A program made the position numbers and the translations under genes. 39,011 nt of DNA from a virus (Duplodnaviria; Caudoviricetes): the IMG/VR virus record IMGVR_UViG_3300036859_000283, positions 1 to 39,011 of that record, one strand, 5' to 3'. The notes under the pieces are model-generated. The model was given only the letters and a program-made list of their open reading frames with translations. It had not been told where the DNA came from and ran no database searches. Position 1 is the stretch's first letter; each line of letters starts with the position of its first letter. This document shows positions 1-8,402 of this stretch, one piece after another.

Positions 1-87
1 ATCGCGCAGTTAGAGGCGGCTGGGGCGCGTCGGAAGGCGGCGCGGCTGGCCATGGACTTGGGCGTAACGGTGAAGAGGAGCGCCTAA
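1..87 (+). CDS. 3' end of an upstream gene (partial)
   Basis: Frame 1 is open from the window start (IAQLEAAGARRKAARL...) to TAA at 85-87, followed by a GC-rich hairpin at ~94-128. Confidence 0.5.
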   Translation: MAQLEAAGARRKAARLAMDLGVTVKRSA

Positions 88-146
88 GAGGTACCGGCCT
101 CGCTCTGGTGAGACAGGGCGGGGCCGGGTGGACAACGAGGTATGGC

Positions 147-383
147 ATGGGCATTTTAGCAGAAGCGGCGAAGTTAGCGCACGAGAAACAGGCGGCTGAG
201 CGGCACGCCTCACGGCGCAGGGTATCCACCTGGGGCGAGTTCGTGGCGGCCATCGAGGCGCACGGCGTCACGGATGGCACCGAGCTGCGGAGCATCGCCG
301 ACATGGCCTTTCCCTGCGTGGTGCGAGTGACACACGAGGACATCAACGCGCCCTTCGGGATTGACATCGGAGAGAGGCACTAG
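147..383 (+). CDS. Hypothetical phage protein
   Basis: ATG at 147 with GAGG upstream; stop abuts the ATG at 384. Confidence 0.7.
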   Translation: MGILAEAAKLAHEKQAAERHASRRRVSTWGEFVAAIEAHGVTDGTELRSIADMAFPCVVRVTHEDINAPFGIDIGERH

Positions 384-1451
384 ATGGCTGGATTCCAGAA
401 AGCGAAGGCGGAGCAGGCCGCGATCAAGATGGGCATCTACGGCCCGCCCGGGGCTGGCAAGACGTTCACGTCGCTGCTCTTGGCTGAGGGCCTAGCGGCG
501 CTGTCCTGGAAGCGGATTGCCTACGTCGATACCGAGCACGGCACCGACTTCTACTGCAAGGCGGTCAAGAGCCGAGCCGTGCATCCAGAGGCGTTCGACT
601 TCGATGCCATCTATACCCGGAGCATCACGGACGTGATCGCGGCCGTGAACGGCCTGAAGCCTGCCGACCACGGCGTGATCGTGCTCGACTCGATCACGCA
701 TCTGTGGGAAGCCGCGATGGCCGCCTACCGTGGCCCGCGCACCAAGACGGGCGGGATTCCGATCACGGCGTGGGGACGGATCAAGAAGCCCTACAAGGAT
801 CTGATGTCCTACCTGCTGTCGTCGCCGATGCACGTCATTATCTGCGGCCGGCAAGGGCTCATCTACGAAGAGAACGCGGAGACGGGCGAGTCGGCGGTGG
901 TCGGCGTGAAGATGAAGGCGGAGGGCGAGACGCCCTACGAGCCGCACATTCTGATCCGGATGGAGTCCGAGCGCGGCAAGCCCAACGAGATCGCCAGCAT
1001 CATCGCCTACGCCGAAAAGGACCGCACGGGCGTCCTCTCTGGGCGTTCGTTCGTCAACCCGACCTACGCCTCCATCTGTGCGCCGATCGTGGGCCTACTG
1101 GGCGGCACGCAAGCCCAGATCGCCACGGAGGACGAGGCGTCAACCGTAGATGCTGAAGTGTTGGAGCGCCAGGAGCGGGAGCGCGCATCGGAATCGGCGG
1201 ATGTGCTCCGGCGCATGTCGGCCCGGATCGACCTCGCGCCCACCGTTGAAGACCTGAAGGCGATCGGCAAGGAGATCACGCCCAAGCTCAAGGCGTCGAT
1301 GCTGCCGGCTGACGTCGTGCGGCTGCGAGCGAAATACGCCGAGCGTGACGCCTCGCTGAAGTCGGGTGTTCCTGCGAAGCCGGCGCCGACCGATGCCGAA
1401 CTGGATGCCGAGATCGCGGCCAAGGATGGCGAGACGCTCGGAGCCTTCTGA
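384..1451 (+). CDS. Sak4-like AAA/RecA-family ATPase (phage single-strand annealing recombinase)
   Basis: Walker A GPPGAGKT, IAYVDTE, Walker B VIVLDS, N-terminal F.KA.....K motif and KDRTG typical of phage Sak4/AAA_24 proteins. Confidence 0.85.
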   Translation: MAGFQKAKAEQAAIKMGIYGPPGAGKTFTSLLLAEGLAALSWKRIAYVDTEHGTDFYCKAVKSRAVHPEAFDFDAIYTRSITDVIAAVNGLKPADHGVIVLDSITHLWEAAMAAYRGPRTKTGGIPITAWGRIKKPYKDLMSYLLSSPMHVIICGRQGLIYEENAETGESAVVGVKMKAEGETPYEPHILIRMESERGKPNEIASIIAYAEKDRTGVLSGRSFVNPTYASICAPIVGLLGGTQAQIATEDEASTVDAEVLERQERERASESADVLRRMSARIDLAPTVEDLKAIGKEITPKLKASMLPADVVRLRAKYAERDASLKSGVPAKPAPTDAELDAEIAAKDGETLGAF

Positions 1452-1579
1452 TGAACCGCCCCTACCAGCTTCCTGTGTGGCCGACCGATCCGCTCCCGTT
1501 GGGCGCCAGTGCTTATGCGCTGCACTCGGCGAGTTGGTGGCGCGCGGTGACCAAGGCCACATTGGAGGCGCGGCGGTGA
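1451..1579 (+). CDS. Small hypothetical protein (42 aa, MNRPYQLPVWPTDP...)
   Basis: Not in the ORF track. Its ATG overlaps the upstream TGA (TGATG) and its TGA overlaps the next GTG, so it exactly fills the gap. Confidence 0.55.
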   Translation: MNRPYQLPVWPTDPLPLGASAYALHSASWWRAVTKATLEARR

Positions 1580-1965
1580 GAGACGACGTCAAGCTTGGAG
1601 ATGTCTGGTTCCGCTATGAGGACGGCCCGGCGCACTACTTCGGATGGCCGTTTGAGCCAGACCAATACGAGGTGGTGAAGGTGACGCCGTGTGGATGCCG
1701 TGTGCGGTTCAGTAAGGGCAGCTTCAGTATAGGCCGCGATCGGTTCGTGCTCATCGGTGCGCGGAAGCAGTACGCATGGCCAACGGCCGCTGAAGCTCTG
1801 GAGTCCTACCGGGCGAGGAAGCGTAAGCAGATCCGGATCTATTCCGCCAAGTTGGCAGAGGCGCGAAGGTGTCTCGCGGTGGCGGGCGAGACGTACGAGT
1901 TCAAAGGGTTCTCGTGGGTATCCGCGCCTGTCACGGCGGAGAAGGCAAGCGAGGTTGGCGCATGA
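1576..1965 (+). CDS. Hypothetical phage protein
   Basis: GTG at 1576 with GGAGG at 1564-1568; ATGA overlap with the next gene. Confidence 0.7.
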   Translation: MRDDVKLGDVWFRYEDGPAHYFGWPFEPDQYEVVKVTPCGCRVRFSKGSFSIGRDRFVLIGARKQYAWPTAAEALESYRARKRKQIRIYSAKLAEARRCLAVAGETYEFKGFSWVSAPVTAEKASEVGA

Positions 1966-2384
1966 AGAAGAAGCCCAAGGGCGAGCATGTCGCCAACGTC
2001 GATGGCACATGGGACGGCCGCAAGGTCGTCCTGGATAGCGATGATCACTACCGCCGCGAAGTGGCTAGGCTCGAGCTCGGCGTCGGCGAGCGCGTCACGG
2101 TCACGGTTGGTCGCCCTGAGGACATGCGGAAGCTCTGGCAGCTCCGCCACCTGATGGGTCACATCTACGAGCCAGTCGCGTCGTTCGACAACTGCGGGCA
2201 CACGAAGCTGGAACTGCACGCGATGGCGAAGGCGATGTTCATGCCGGACGGCAAGACATCGACGCGCGAGCTGACCTACGAAGAGATGGACGAGTTCTGC
2301 AAGCACGCGGAGCGATGGCTGCGGACGGACATGCCGGAGGCGTTTGTGGACTTCGATGCGCGACAGATGGGGCTGGCGTCATGA
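1962..2384 (+). CDS. NinB/Orf-like recombination accessory protein
   Basis: LHAMAKAMF...STRELTYEEMDEF...W pattern resembles the lambda NinB family; located near the recombinase. Confidence 0.55.
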   Translation: MKKKPKGEHVANVDGTWDGRKVVLDSDDHYRREVARLELGVGERVTVTVGRPEDMRKLWQLRHLMGHIYEPVASFDNCGHTKLELHAMAKAMFMPDGKTSTRELTYEEMDEFCKHAERWLRTDMPEAFVDFDARQMGLAS

Positions 2385-2575
2385 CCTGGCGTGTCCGACT
2401 CGCGCGGTTCATTCTCCGGTCTGATCCGGACTGGATGGTCTGCCTCACCTCAGACTACTGCGCGTTCATTCGCCTGTTGGTGGAAGAGGACAAGGTGCGG
2501 TCGATCATCGCGCAGCATGCCCAGTTGGGGCCGGTGCTGGACCTGCTGCCGCGGAAGCCGGAGACGAGGCACTAG
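2381..2575 (+). CDS. Hypothetical protein
   Basis: ATGA overlap at the start; stop abuts the next ATG. Confidence 0.6.
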   Translation: MTWRVRLARFILRSDPDWMVCLTSDYCAFIRLLVEEDKVRSIIAQHAQLGPVLDLLPRKPETRH

Positions 2576-2977
2576 ATGCCAAACGGCTCGATGTTTAAAG
2601 CGGATATGCCGTCTCGCGTTGAGACGAAGCGCATGCGGAAAGCGGAAGAGATGGCGCAATGGCGTGCCGTCTGTAAGCAAGTCGATACGCGCGATCGCGG
2701 GCGGTGTCGTGCATGCGGACGGCGGTGCGATCCCAACGCGCTTGGCCTTCTTGAGCGAGCGGAGCGCCATCACATCGTGTATCTGAGTGCGGGTGGCGAG
2801 GACATCGACCACAACGTCGTGACTCTCTGTGCAGGCTGCCACGCCGACCAACACGCCGGTCGGATGGACGTACGCGGGAATGCCAGGGCCGGGATCGAAG
2901 TCTGGCTGCGTGACGACGACGGCGCCTGGTTTCTCTCACGGCGGGAAGTGATGCCGCATGTAGTGGAGAAGGACTGA
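2576..2977 (+). CDS. HNH endonuclease
   Basis: RDRGRCRACG...HHIVYLSAGG...NVVTLCAGCH. Confidence 0.9.
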   Translation: MPNGSMFKADMPSRVETKRMRKAEEMAQWRAVCKQVDTRDRGRCRACGRRCDPNALGLLERAERHHIVYLSAGGEDIDHNVVTLCAGCHADQHAGRMDVRGNARAGIEVWLRDDDGAWFLSRREVMPHVVEKD

Positions 2978-3219
2978 TGACGCAAGCCTCGATCAATTTC
3001 GATCAGCCCGCCGAGACCATGACGGCCGCGGTGGCGCAGTTCTTCCGGCTGAATGCCGGCGTCTGGATCTCAGCGCTGGATGTGATGCGGGTAGGCGGCG
3101 CGCTGGCGTGGCGGACCGAAATCAGCCGCTGTCGCAAGGCGCCGTACCTCATGACGATCGAGAACCGCACGCGGCGTGTCGGTCGGAAGCTGTATAGCGA
3201 ATACAGGTTGGTGCCATGA
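2977..3219 (+). CDS. Small winged-HTH-like phage protein
   Basis: Coupled ORF with an ISALD...AWRTEISRCRK...IE...EYRL pattern. Confidence 0.55.
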   Translation: MTQASINFDQPAETMTAAVAQFFRLNAGVWISALDVMRVGGALAWRTEISRCRKAPYLMTIENRTRRVGRKLYSEYRLVP

Positions 3220-3422
3220 GCGGGCGCAACGGCTGGAAAAAGATCCCCATGCCCGGCCCGCCTGCCGCGCTGCCCAATGTGCTGCGCGCGCCTGCGGGCT
3301 CCTGGTGGATTGACGCGCAACTGAAACCGCGTGAGCAGTTCTACGCGGAGGCGGCCCGCTACGAGCACCACATGCAGGTGCGGGGCGTGAGCGCTGACCA
3401 GCTCGTCTGGCGGGACAAGTGA
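3216..3422 (+). CDS. Hypothetical protein
   Basis: ATGA/GTGA overlaps at both ends. Confidence 0.6.
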   Translation: MSGRNGWKKIPMPGPPAALPNVLRAPAGSWWIDAQLKPREQFYAEAARYEHHMQVRGVSADQLVWRDK

Positions 3423-4291
3423 CGAGGCGGAATAGCGACGGCATCGTGTTGCCAGAGGCGGTGCCAGATGAGCGCAGCTACGACGAGCGGCAGATCGCCC
3501 ATGCGCCAAAGCCATTCAGCATCTACTACCAGGACGATGCGGTGACGCTATACCACGGCGATTGCCTCGACGTGCTGCCAACGCTGCCGAAGGAATCCGC
3601 CGACATCGTGTGGACAGACCCGCCATATGGCCACAACAACAATGATGGGGATCTGATCCACCGGTGGGAAGCTGCCCTCGGCCAGCTACCCTCCGGTGAG
3701 ACTCCACCGGTGGGTCGTCCGATTGCCAACGACGGCGCCGACGACATGCGCCGAGTGGTGGACGGCGCCCTCACGGAGTGCGCCCGCATTCTCAAGCGCG
3801 ACTGCTGCTGCTGCTGCTGCGGCGGCGGCGGCCCGAAGCCGACCTTCGCGTGGTTGGCCGAGCGCATGGATCGCGGCGGGCTGTCGTTCTTCCATTCCGT
3901 CATCTGGGACAAGGGCGGACTTGGGATGGGCTGGCGGTATCGCCGGAATCACGAAATGGTCATGGTGGCCCACCGCAAGGGCGGGAAGTTGAAGTGGGAA
4001 TGGCAAGGGAAAGGCCCTGAGACGGCGAACGTCGTCCGGATAGGGAAGGTCATCCCCACGGCCGATGACCACCCTACGCCCAAGCCTGAGGCCCTGGTGC
4101 GGCATTTCCTCATGCTTCACGGCAAGCCTGGCGATCTGGTGGTCGATCCGTTTGCCGGCCATGGCGTCACTCTCCGAGTGGCCAAGGATCTCGGTCTGCG
4201 AGCTATCGGGATCGAGATTGACGAAGAGCACTGCAAGGCGACGGTCGAGCGGATGCGTCAGGGCTCGCTCTTTGGGGCTGGTGCGGCATGA
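3419..4291 (+). CDS. DNA amino-methyltransferase (N6-A/N4-C, beta class), orphan
   Basis: LYHGDC, catalytic TDPPY, HPTPKP and SAM-binding DPFAGHG in beta order; no partner restriction enzyme recognised. Confidence 0.92.
   Translation: MTRRNSDGIVLPEAVPDERSYDERQIAHAPKPFSIYYQDDAVTLYHGDCLDVLPTLPKESADIVWTDPPYGHNNNDGDLIHRWEAALGQLPSGETPPVGRPIANDGADDMRRVVDGALTECARILKRDCCCCCCGGGGPKPTFAWLAERMDRGGLSFFHSVIWDKGGLGMGWRYRRNHEMVMVAHRKGGKLKWEWQGKGPETANVVRIGKVIPTADDHPTPKPEALVRHFLMLHGKPGDLVVDPFAGHGVTLRVAKDLGLRAIGIEIDEEHCKATVERMRQGSLFGAGAA
3803..3832 (+). repeat. In-frame microsatellite (TGC)6(GGC)4 encoding C6G4
   Basis: Read directly from the sequence inside the methyltransferase. Confidence 0.95.
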
Positions 4292-4632
4292 GACTCCGCA
4301 GCTCGAAGTACAGCGCGAAGCGCACCGAAGTAGACGGCGTTGTGTTCCATAGCCAGAAGGAAGCGCGGCGGTACCAGGAACTGAAGCTGCTGCTGGCTGC
4401 TGGGGCGATTGAATGCCTTGCGCTGCAACCTGAGTTCGATCTCGACGTGATAGGTGGGCAAGTGAAAGACGTGAGGTACCGCATTGGCGGGTACAAGGCG
4501 GACTTTCAGTACATCGATAGGCGCACTGGCAAGCGAATCGTCGAGGACGTGAAGGGCTTCAAGACGCCGCTCTACAAGTGGAAGAAGAAACACGTCGAGG
4601 CCCAGTATGGAATCACGATCCTCGAAACCTAA
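4288..4632 (+). CDS. DUF1064-family phage endonuclease-like protein
   Basis: KYSAKRTEVDGVVFHSQKEARRY...LQPEF...YKADF.Y...VEDVKG. Confidence 0.85.
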   Translation: MRLRSSKYSAKRTEVDGVVFHSQKEARRYQELKLLLAAGAIECLALQPEFDLDVIGGQVKDVRYRIGGYKADFQYIDRRTGKRIVEDVKGFKTPLYKWKKKHVEAQYGITILET

Positions 4633-5088
4633 GTGGGCGGAGGTGCAGACGTGGGCGGCGTAAGCCGGGAACCGCAGACGACTGCCGTTGAGCGACTTAA
4701 GTACAACTGCGATCGTTTCGCGTTAAGCCATGGCGCGCAGATTCGTTGGCGGCGCGTCCTACTTGCCGATCCGTGTGCGTATTGTGGCGAGCGCGCCGAT
4801 GCCGTTGATCATATCGCTCCGCGGATTCGCGGAGGTCGGAACGACTGGAGAAACTATGCGCCCAGTTGCGGGCCTTGCAATTCGATGAAGGGGAAAGGGT
4901 CGCTCGCGTGGATGATCTGGCGGAGTCACGAACTCAGGAACGGACGCGCTCTCCTGAGGCCTGTCAGCCACCGTGTCGTAAACGGTGAGCGCATCGTGAC
5001 CGGCTGGATGTGGGTGTATCAGGGTCACCACAGAATGACTCGCGAAGGTGGCACGAAAGACACGGATTTATTGAGAGAAAGAGCTTGA
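4633..5088 (+). CDS. HNH endonuclease (start uncertain, possibly 4651)
   Basis: CAYCG...DHIAPRIRGG...NYAPSCGPCNSMK. Confidence 0.85.
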   Translation: MGGGADVGGVSREPQTTAVERLKYNCDRFALSHGAQIRWRRVLLADPCAYCGERADAVDHIAPRIRGGRNDWRNYAPSCGPCNSMKGKGSLAWMIWRSHELRNGRALLRPVSHRVVNGERIVTGWMWVYQGHHRMTREGGTKDTDLLRERA

Positions 5089-5631
5089 AATGAGGGTTGA
5101 GGTTGGTGGAGAATTGGGCATCGGGAACCGCGCGTCAACGCGGCCCCGACACCACTTCGCCACACTGGACGGAACCCAGGTGCAGCGCGATCCGAGATCG
5201 TCGCACATTCCTTTCAGGTTGACCAAGTGAACGCTTTTGGTGTTGGGCGTCGACCAATACCACACGCGAGCTACGTGCGGTTCCGCAGGGTATCGCGGCC
5301 ACGATGAGCCGAGCCTGATGTCCAGGCAGAAGCGGCGGCGCGGTTGACGGCAACGCGCGGGTCCGGCGACAGATCAGTGCGGGCGGGATTGTGTGTGTCA
5401 GAGCAAAAGGCCGGGCGCTGCTGAGGAGCAACCCGGGACCGCAGAGGACGCTGACGCATCCGGTTCTCACGGCAAGACTGCGGGAGTGCGCGCACCACGG
5501 CGCATGACGAGAACCGCCGCACTTCGGGCTACGACGGAGACGCTGACGTTGTAGGAGCGATAGGCACAGAGGCTGCGCAGCATTCTACGGAACTGCGGGA
5601 GTAAACCGTGGTCCGCAAGAAAGAAGGAACG
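5089..5631. ncRNA. Candidate structured non-coding region (large ncRNA or origin)
   Basis: No + strand ORF of 60 aa or more. Run of stems at 5121-5148, 5239-5261, 5313-5327, 5338-5358, 5411-5436, 5461-5468/5509-5516 and 5529-5554. Confidence 0.5.
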
Positions 5632-5886
5632 ATGGCGACGGACGAACAGAGGCGGAATCTCTTGCACGACATGGTGATGGGCGTCCTTGAGCGTGCGGAG
5701 ACGTTGGAGATCGGTACCGTCGCGCAGCATCTGGAGGACATCTTCGAGCGCATGTATGACGGGTGCGCGCAGTGCGATGGATTGTTCTCCGAGACAGGCG
5801 GCCGTCCCGTGTGCCAGCGGTGCTATGTGAATAACGGTGGTGGGCAGCAACAAAAACGGACGGGGAGCGGCAATGGGGCCAGCTAA
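5632..5886 (+). CDS. Hypothetical protein with CxxC...CxxC zinc-finger-like motif
   Basis: AAGGA RBS; CAQCD...CQRC. Confidence 0.7.
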   Translation: MATDEQRRNLLHDMVMGVLERAETLEIGTVAQHLEDIFERMYDGCAQCDGLFSETGGRPVCQRCYVNNGGGQQQKRTGSGNGAS

Positions 5887-6017
5887 CTAGCCGAGAAGGA
5901 ACGGCAGGCTGGGGAGGCGCAGCACGGCGTAGACAAGTCGAGCAAGCTGAGCGCCACGCCGGACACAGAGGGGCCGCCGGGCGGACGAGAGGCAAGGCCG
6001 CCAGTTGATTGGATCTG

Positions 6018-6242
6018 ATGATGAGCCATGTGCGTAAGTTTAAAGACGGTGCGTGTGTGACCTGTGGCGCCACCAAGGTGGTCGTCAATGGCGCGTGGCT
6101 ACGTCAGCGCCGTTTAGGCGCTGGGTTGAAGCTCAAGGATATGGCGAGCCGTCTCGGTCATGGCGTTGCCTACCTCAGCGACATAGAGCTCGATAGGCGC
6201 AATTGCTCACCACGAGTTCGCGCCGCCTATGAGGCGCTGTAA
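6018..6242 (+). CDS. Zn-ribbon plus XRE-family HTH regulator
   Basis: CVTCG, then LRQRRLGAGLKLKDMASRLG...YLSDIE. Confidence 0.8.
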   Translation: MMSHVRKFKDGACVTCGATKVVVNGAWLRQRRLGAGLKLKDMASRLGHGVAYLSDIELDRRNCSPRVRAAYEAL

Positions 6243-6523
6243 TGGATGATGCGAAGCACGAGCTACTAACCTTAATCGACTGGCTACACACGCACGCGGT
6301 GCGCCATATCGCCGGCAGTACGCCGAAGTCAGCCGTGCGGCGTCTGGCTTGCGACGTTCACGAAGCAGCGGGTCGTCTTCATCAGCTCGCACTGGACGCG
6401 ATGGGAACAGGAGCGACGTCGAATGGACTGCTGGACATTCAGCGCAAACTCGGCGTCGGGACTGCCACGGCGATGGAAATCCAAGAAGTTCTGAATCGAA
6501 GGAGTGTGCGTGATGGGCGCTGA
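6242..6523 (+). CDS. Hypothetical protein with FtsK-gamma-like C-terminal helix motif
   Basis: TAATG coupling; IQRKLGVGTATAMEI. Confidence 0.55.
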   Translation: MDDAKHELLTLIDWLHTHAVRHIAGSTPKSAVRRLACDVHEAAGRLHQLALDAMGTGATSNGLLDIQRKLGVGTATAMEIQEVLNRRSVRDGR

Positions 6524-6875
6524 TGGATCGCAGAGTCGAGGCGGAGGTCGAATCTATTCGAACGAGCTGGTGTCAGAGCCAGCGGCGAAGCAGGTGGAAA
6601 GGTTTCCGCGTGGGCGAGACGTGCGCGACCACCACTGCGGCAACCCGGAGTGTGAAGCGTGCGATGCGCAGCAGCCAGAGACAGAGGCGGAACTGTTGCG
6701 GCGCGATCTGGATTTTGCGCGAGCCGTCATTCATCGTCTCGAAAAAGATTGCTACGCACTGCAGGAGGCATTGCGCGGCATCCTTGAGATCGGCAAGCGC
6801 GACATGTCGAACCCGAAATACGACGGCTATTTCGAGGTGGCGAAGAAGGTGATCGGTGAGATCAGAGGCTTGTAG
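6513..6875 (+). CDS. Hypothetical protein (start uncertain)
   Basis: HHCGNPECEAC plus a coiled coil; stop abuts the ATG at 6876. Confidence 0.6.
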   Translation: MGADGSQSRGGGRIYSNELVSEPAAKQVERFPRGRDVRDHHCGNPECEACDAQQPETEAELLRRDLDFARAVIHRLEKDCYALQEALRGILEIGKRDMSNPKYDGYFEVAKKVIGEIRGL

Positions 6876-7262
6876 ATGTCCAAGCGCGCTGGCTACATCA
6901 TGGTCGATGAAGACGACGCTGACTTCAAAGCGTTCTGGAACGCGGTGCCATTACGCACCGCGAAGAAGGACGCGAGGCGTGCGTGGGCCGCGCTGAACCC
7001 ATCACCGGAGCTCGTGCAAGCTATTCTTGATGCGCTGGCCTGGCAAACGCCGATGTGGGCACGGCAAGGCTACGGAGCGCCGTACCCAGCCACCTACTTG
7101 AACGGTGAGCGCTGGACCGACGAATGCCCATCACACCTGAAGCCACGAGAGGAATGGCACTGTCCCCACGTCCAGCACTGCAACGGTCAGCACCAGTGCC
7201 GTCTCCTCCTCTCGGTGGATCCGGAGGGGACGAGATACACCCAATGCAGAAAGGCTGGCTAG
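6876..7262 (+). CDS. Phage replisome-organiser/initiator C-terminal-like domain protein
   Basis: FKAFWNAVP...KKDARRAW...YPATYLNGERWTDE motif typical of the C-terminus of phage replication initiators. Confidence 0.7.
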   Translation: MSKRAGYIMVDEDDADFKAFWNAVPLRTAKKDARRAWAALNPSPELVQAILDALAWQTPMWARQGYGAPYPATYLNGERWTDECPSHLKPREEWHCPHVQHCNGQHQCRLLLSVDPEGTRYTQCRKAG

Positions 7263-7269
7263 TTCGAAC

Positions 7270-7458
7270 ATGACGCGGAAGCCGACGCAGCTTGCCAAAA
7301 TGTTGGTCCTCTGGCGTGCCGTCAATAATGTGACGTTACGGAGCTTAGGGAAGCAGACGGGTATCTCGCACGCCACGCTCATGCGAATCGAGCACGGCTA
7401 CGCGATGGACCTTGAGACGTGGAGGCGGTTGGAGAATTGGTTACTGGCGAGCTCTTGA
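7270..7458 (+). CDS. XRE-family HTH regulator
   Basis: TLRSLGKQTGISHATLMRIEHG. Confidence 0.8.
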   Translation: MTRKPTQLAKMLVLWRAVNNVTLRSLGKQTGISHATLMRIEHGYAMDLETWRRLENWLLASS

Positions 7459-7482
7459 CAGAATACATGTATTGTGTAGAAT
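7455..7482 (+). promoter_or_regulatory. Sigma70-type promoter with palindromic operator in the spacer
   Basis: TTGACA (7455-7460), N16, TAGAAT (7477-7482); perfect palindrome AATACATGTATT at 7462-7473; AT-rich island. Confidence 0.8.
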
Positions 7483-7489
7483 AGGCGCC

Positions 7490-7675
7490 ATGGAGGGGAT
7501 GGCAATGACGTTTGCGCAGCACATGGCGATGGCTCGTGAGTGGTGCCGGTACAACGGCCAGAAGGGAACCGAGAAGCAGGCGCTACGGGTGATGCGGCAG
7601 CTCACGGCTGCCGATCTGATTCGCATGCTGGGAGAGCGGAACGTACCGCTTCCGGCAGGCTGTGAGGTGCGGTGA
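7490..7675 (+). CDS. Hypothetical protein (start 7490, 7499 or 7505)
   Basis: Directly downstream of the promoter; GGAGG at 7492-7496. Confidence 0.65.
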   Translation: MEGMAMTFAQHMAMAREWCRYNGQKGTEKQALRVMRQLTAADLIRMLGERNVPLPAGCEVR

Positions 7676-7959
7676 TGGTGCGGTTCGACTGCGGCGCATG
7701 GGAACACGAAACGATGCGTGAGATAGCAGAGCGGGCGGCCGTGCTGGCTCGGCGCGCTGGCGTCCGGAAGGTGTCTGTGCAGGCAATCTGGATGGATCTC
7801 ATCGCCACGCACGTCAACGGGTGCCCGCTGAGGCTCGAAGAAATGCGGCACGCCGACGATTTCAATCTGGCGCATGACGTGTTTGGTATCGGTCGGCACT
7901 TGAACCGCGACACGGGCGCGCTGGAAGGGTGCTTCGTGCCGAGATTCGCGGCGCAGTAG
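7672..7959 (+). CDS. Conserved phage protein (DUF6874-like)
   Basis: MDLIATHVNGCPLRL...ADDFNLAHDVFGI.RHLNRDTG.L..CFVPRFA motif. Confidence 0.7.
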   Translation: MMVRFDCGAWEHETMREIAERAAVLARRAGVRKVSVQAIWMDLIATHVNGCPLRLEEMRHADDFNLAHDVFGIGRHLNRDTGALEGCFVPRFAAQ

Positions 7960-8285
7960 TGAGCGATTCGAGCAAAGAGGCCGTCGCTCTTCGGGCGGCG
8001 GCTGTTGCGTGGACAGATGGCGCTCGTGGGCCGGTGCTGGACGCGCACGACACCGCCGGCCTTCGTCGTGACAGCAAGTTGAAGCGAGCCGCTGTACGCT
8101 TCGCTATGGCAAAAAAGCGAGGCTATTCCGACGAGTTCCCAACCACGCGAGAGAAGCGCGTCTACTTCATGCTCGACAAGATTCCACCAGCTCTCTGGAT
8201 CCGCGTGAAGGCGAAGGCGAAGCGCGAAGGTGTGTCGCTGCGCTCGCTGATTCTGAAGTGGTGCCAAGAATGGGTCGAGCGCTGA
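7959..8285 (+). CDS. Protein with C-terminal ribbon-helix-helix (Arc-like) DNA-binding domain
   Basis: VYFMLDKIPPALWIRVKAKAKREGVSLRSLILKW; an alternative start at 8106 is possible. Confidence 0.7.
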   Translation: MSDSSKEAVALRAAAVAWTDGARGPVLDAHDTAGLRRDSKLKRAAVRFAMAKKRGYSDEFPTTREKRVYFMLDKIPPALWIRVKAKAKREGVSLRSLILKWCQEWVER

Positions 8286-8335
8286 GTTCTGTTCTGTGGC
8301 CGTGTCCGTGAAGGAGTCAAGGCGATGGAAGATTT

Positions 8336-8380
8336 CACGCGCGTGGACATCCGGACGTGATTCCCGCGTTGCCCTACCGC
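8336..8380 (+). repeat. Bipartite dispersed element, copy A
   Basis: CACGCGCGTGGAC-N25-CTACCGC followed by AACGAGGTG. Confidence 0.85.
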
Positions 8381-8402
8381 AATGGAAAAACGAGGTGATT
8401 TA

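Noticed and set aside
4666-5131. 10-bp direct repeat CGGGAACCGC around the second HNH gene
   Set aside because: Short and GC-rich, and one copy lies inside the predicted ORF; chance cannot be excluded.
5311-5330. CTGATG suggestive of a hammerhead ribozyme core
   Set aside because: Not CUGAUGA, and no properly placed GAAA with three stems.
6523-6852. Alternative 109-aa ORF coupled to the 6242 gene
   Set aside because: Arg/Ser-rich out-of-frame appearance; the overlapping frame ending at 6875 is more protein-like and abuts the next gene.
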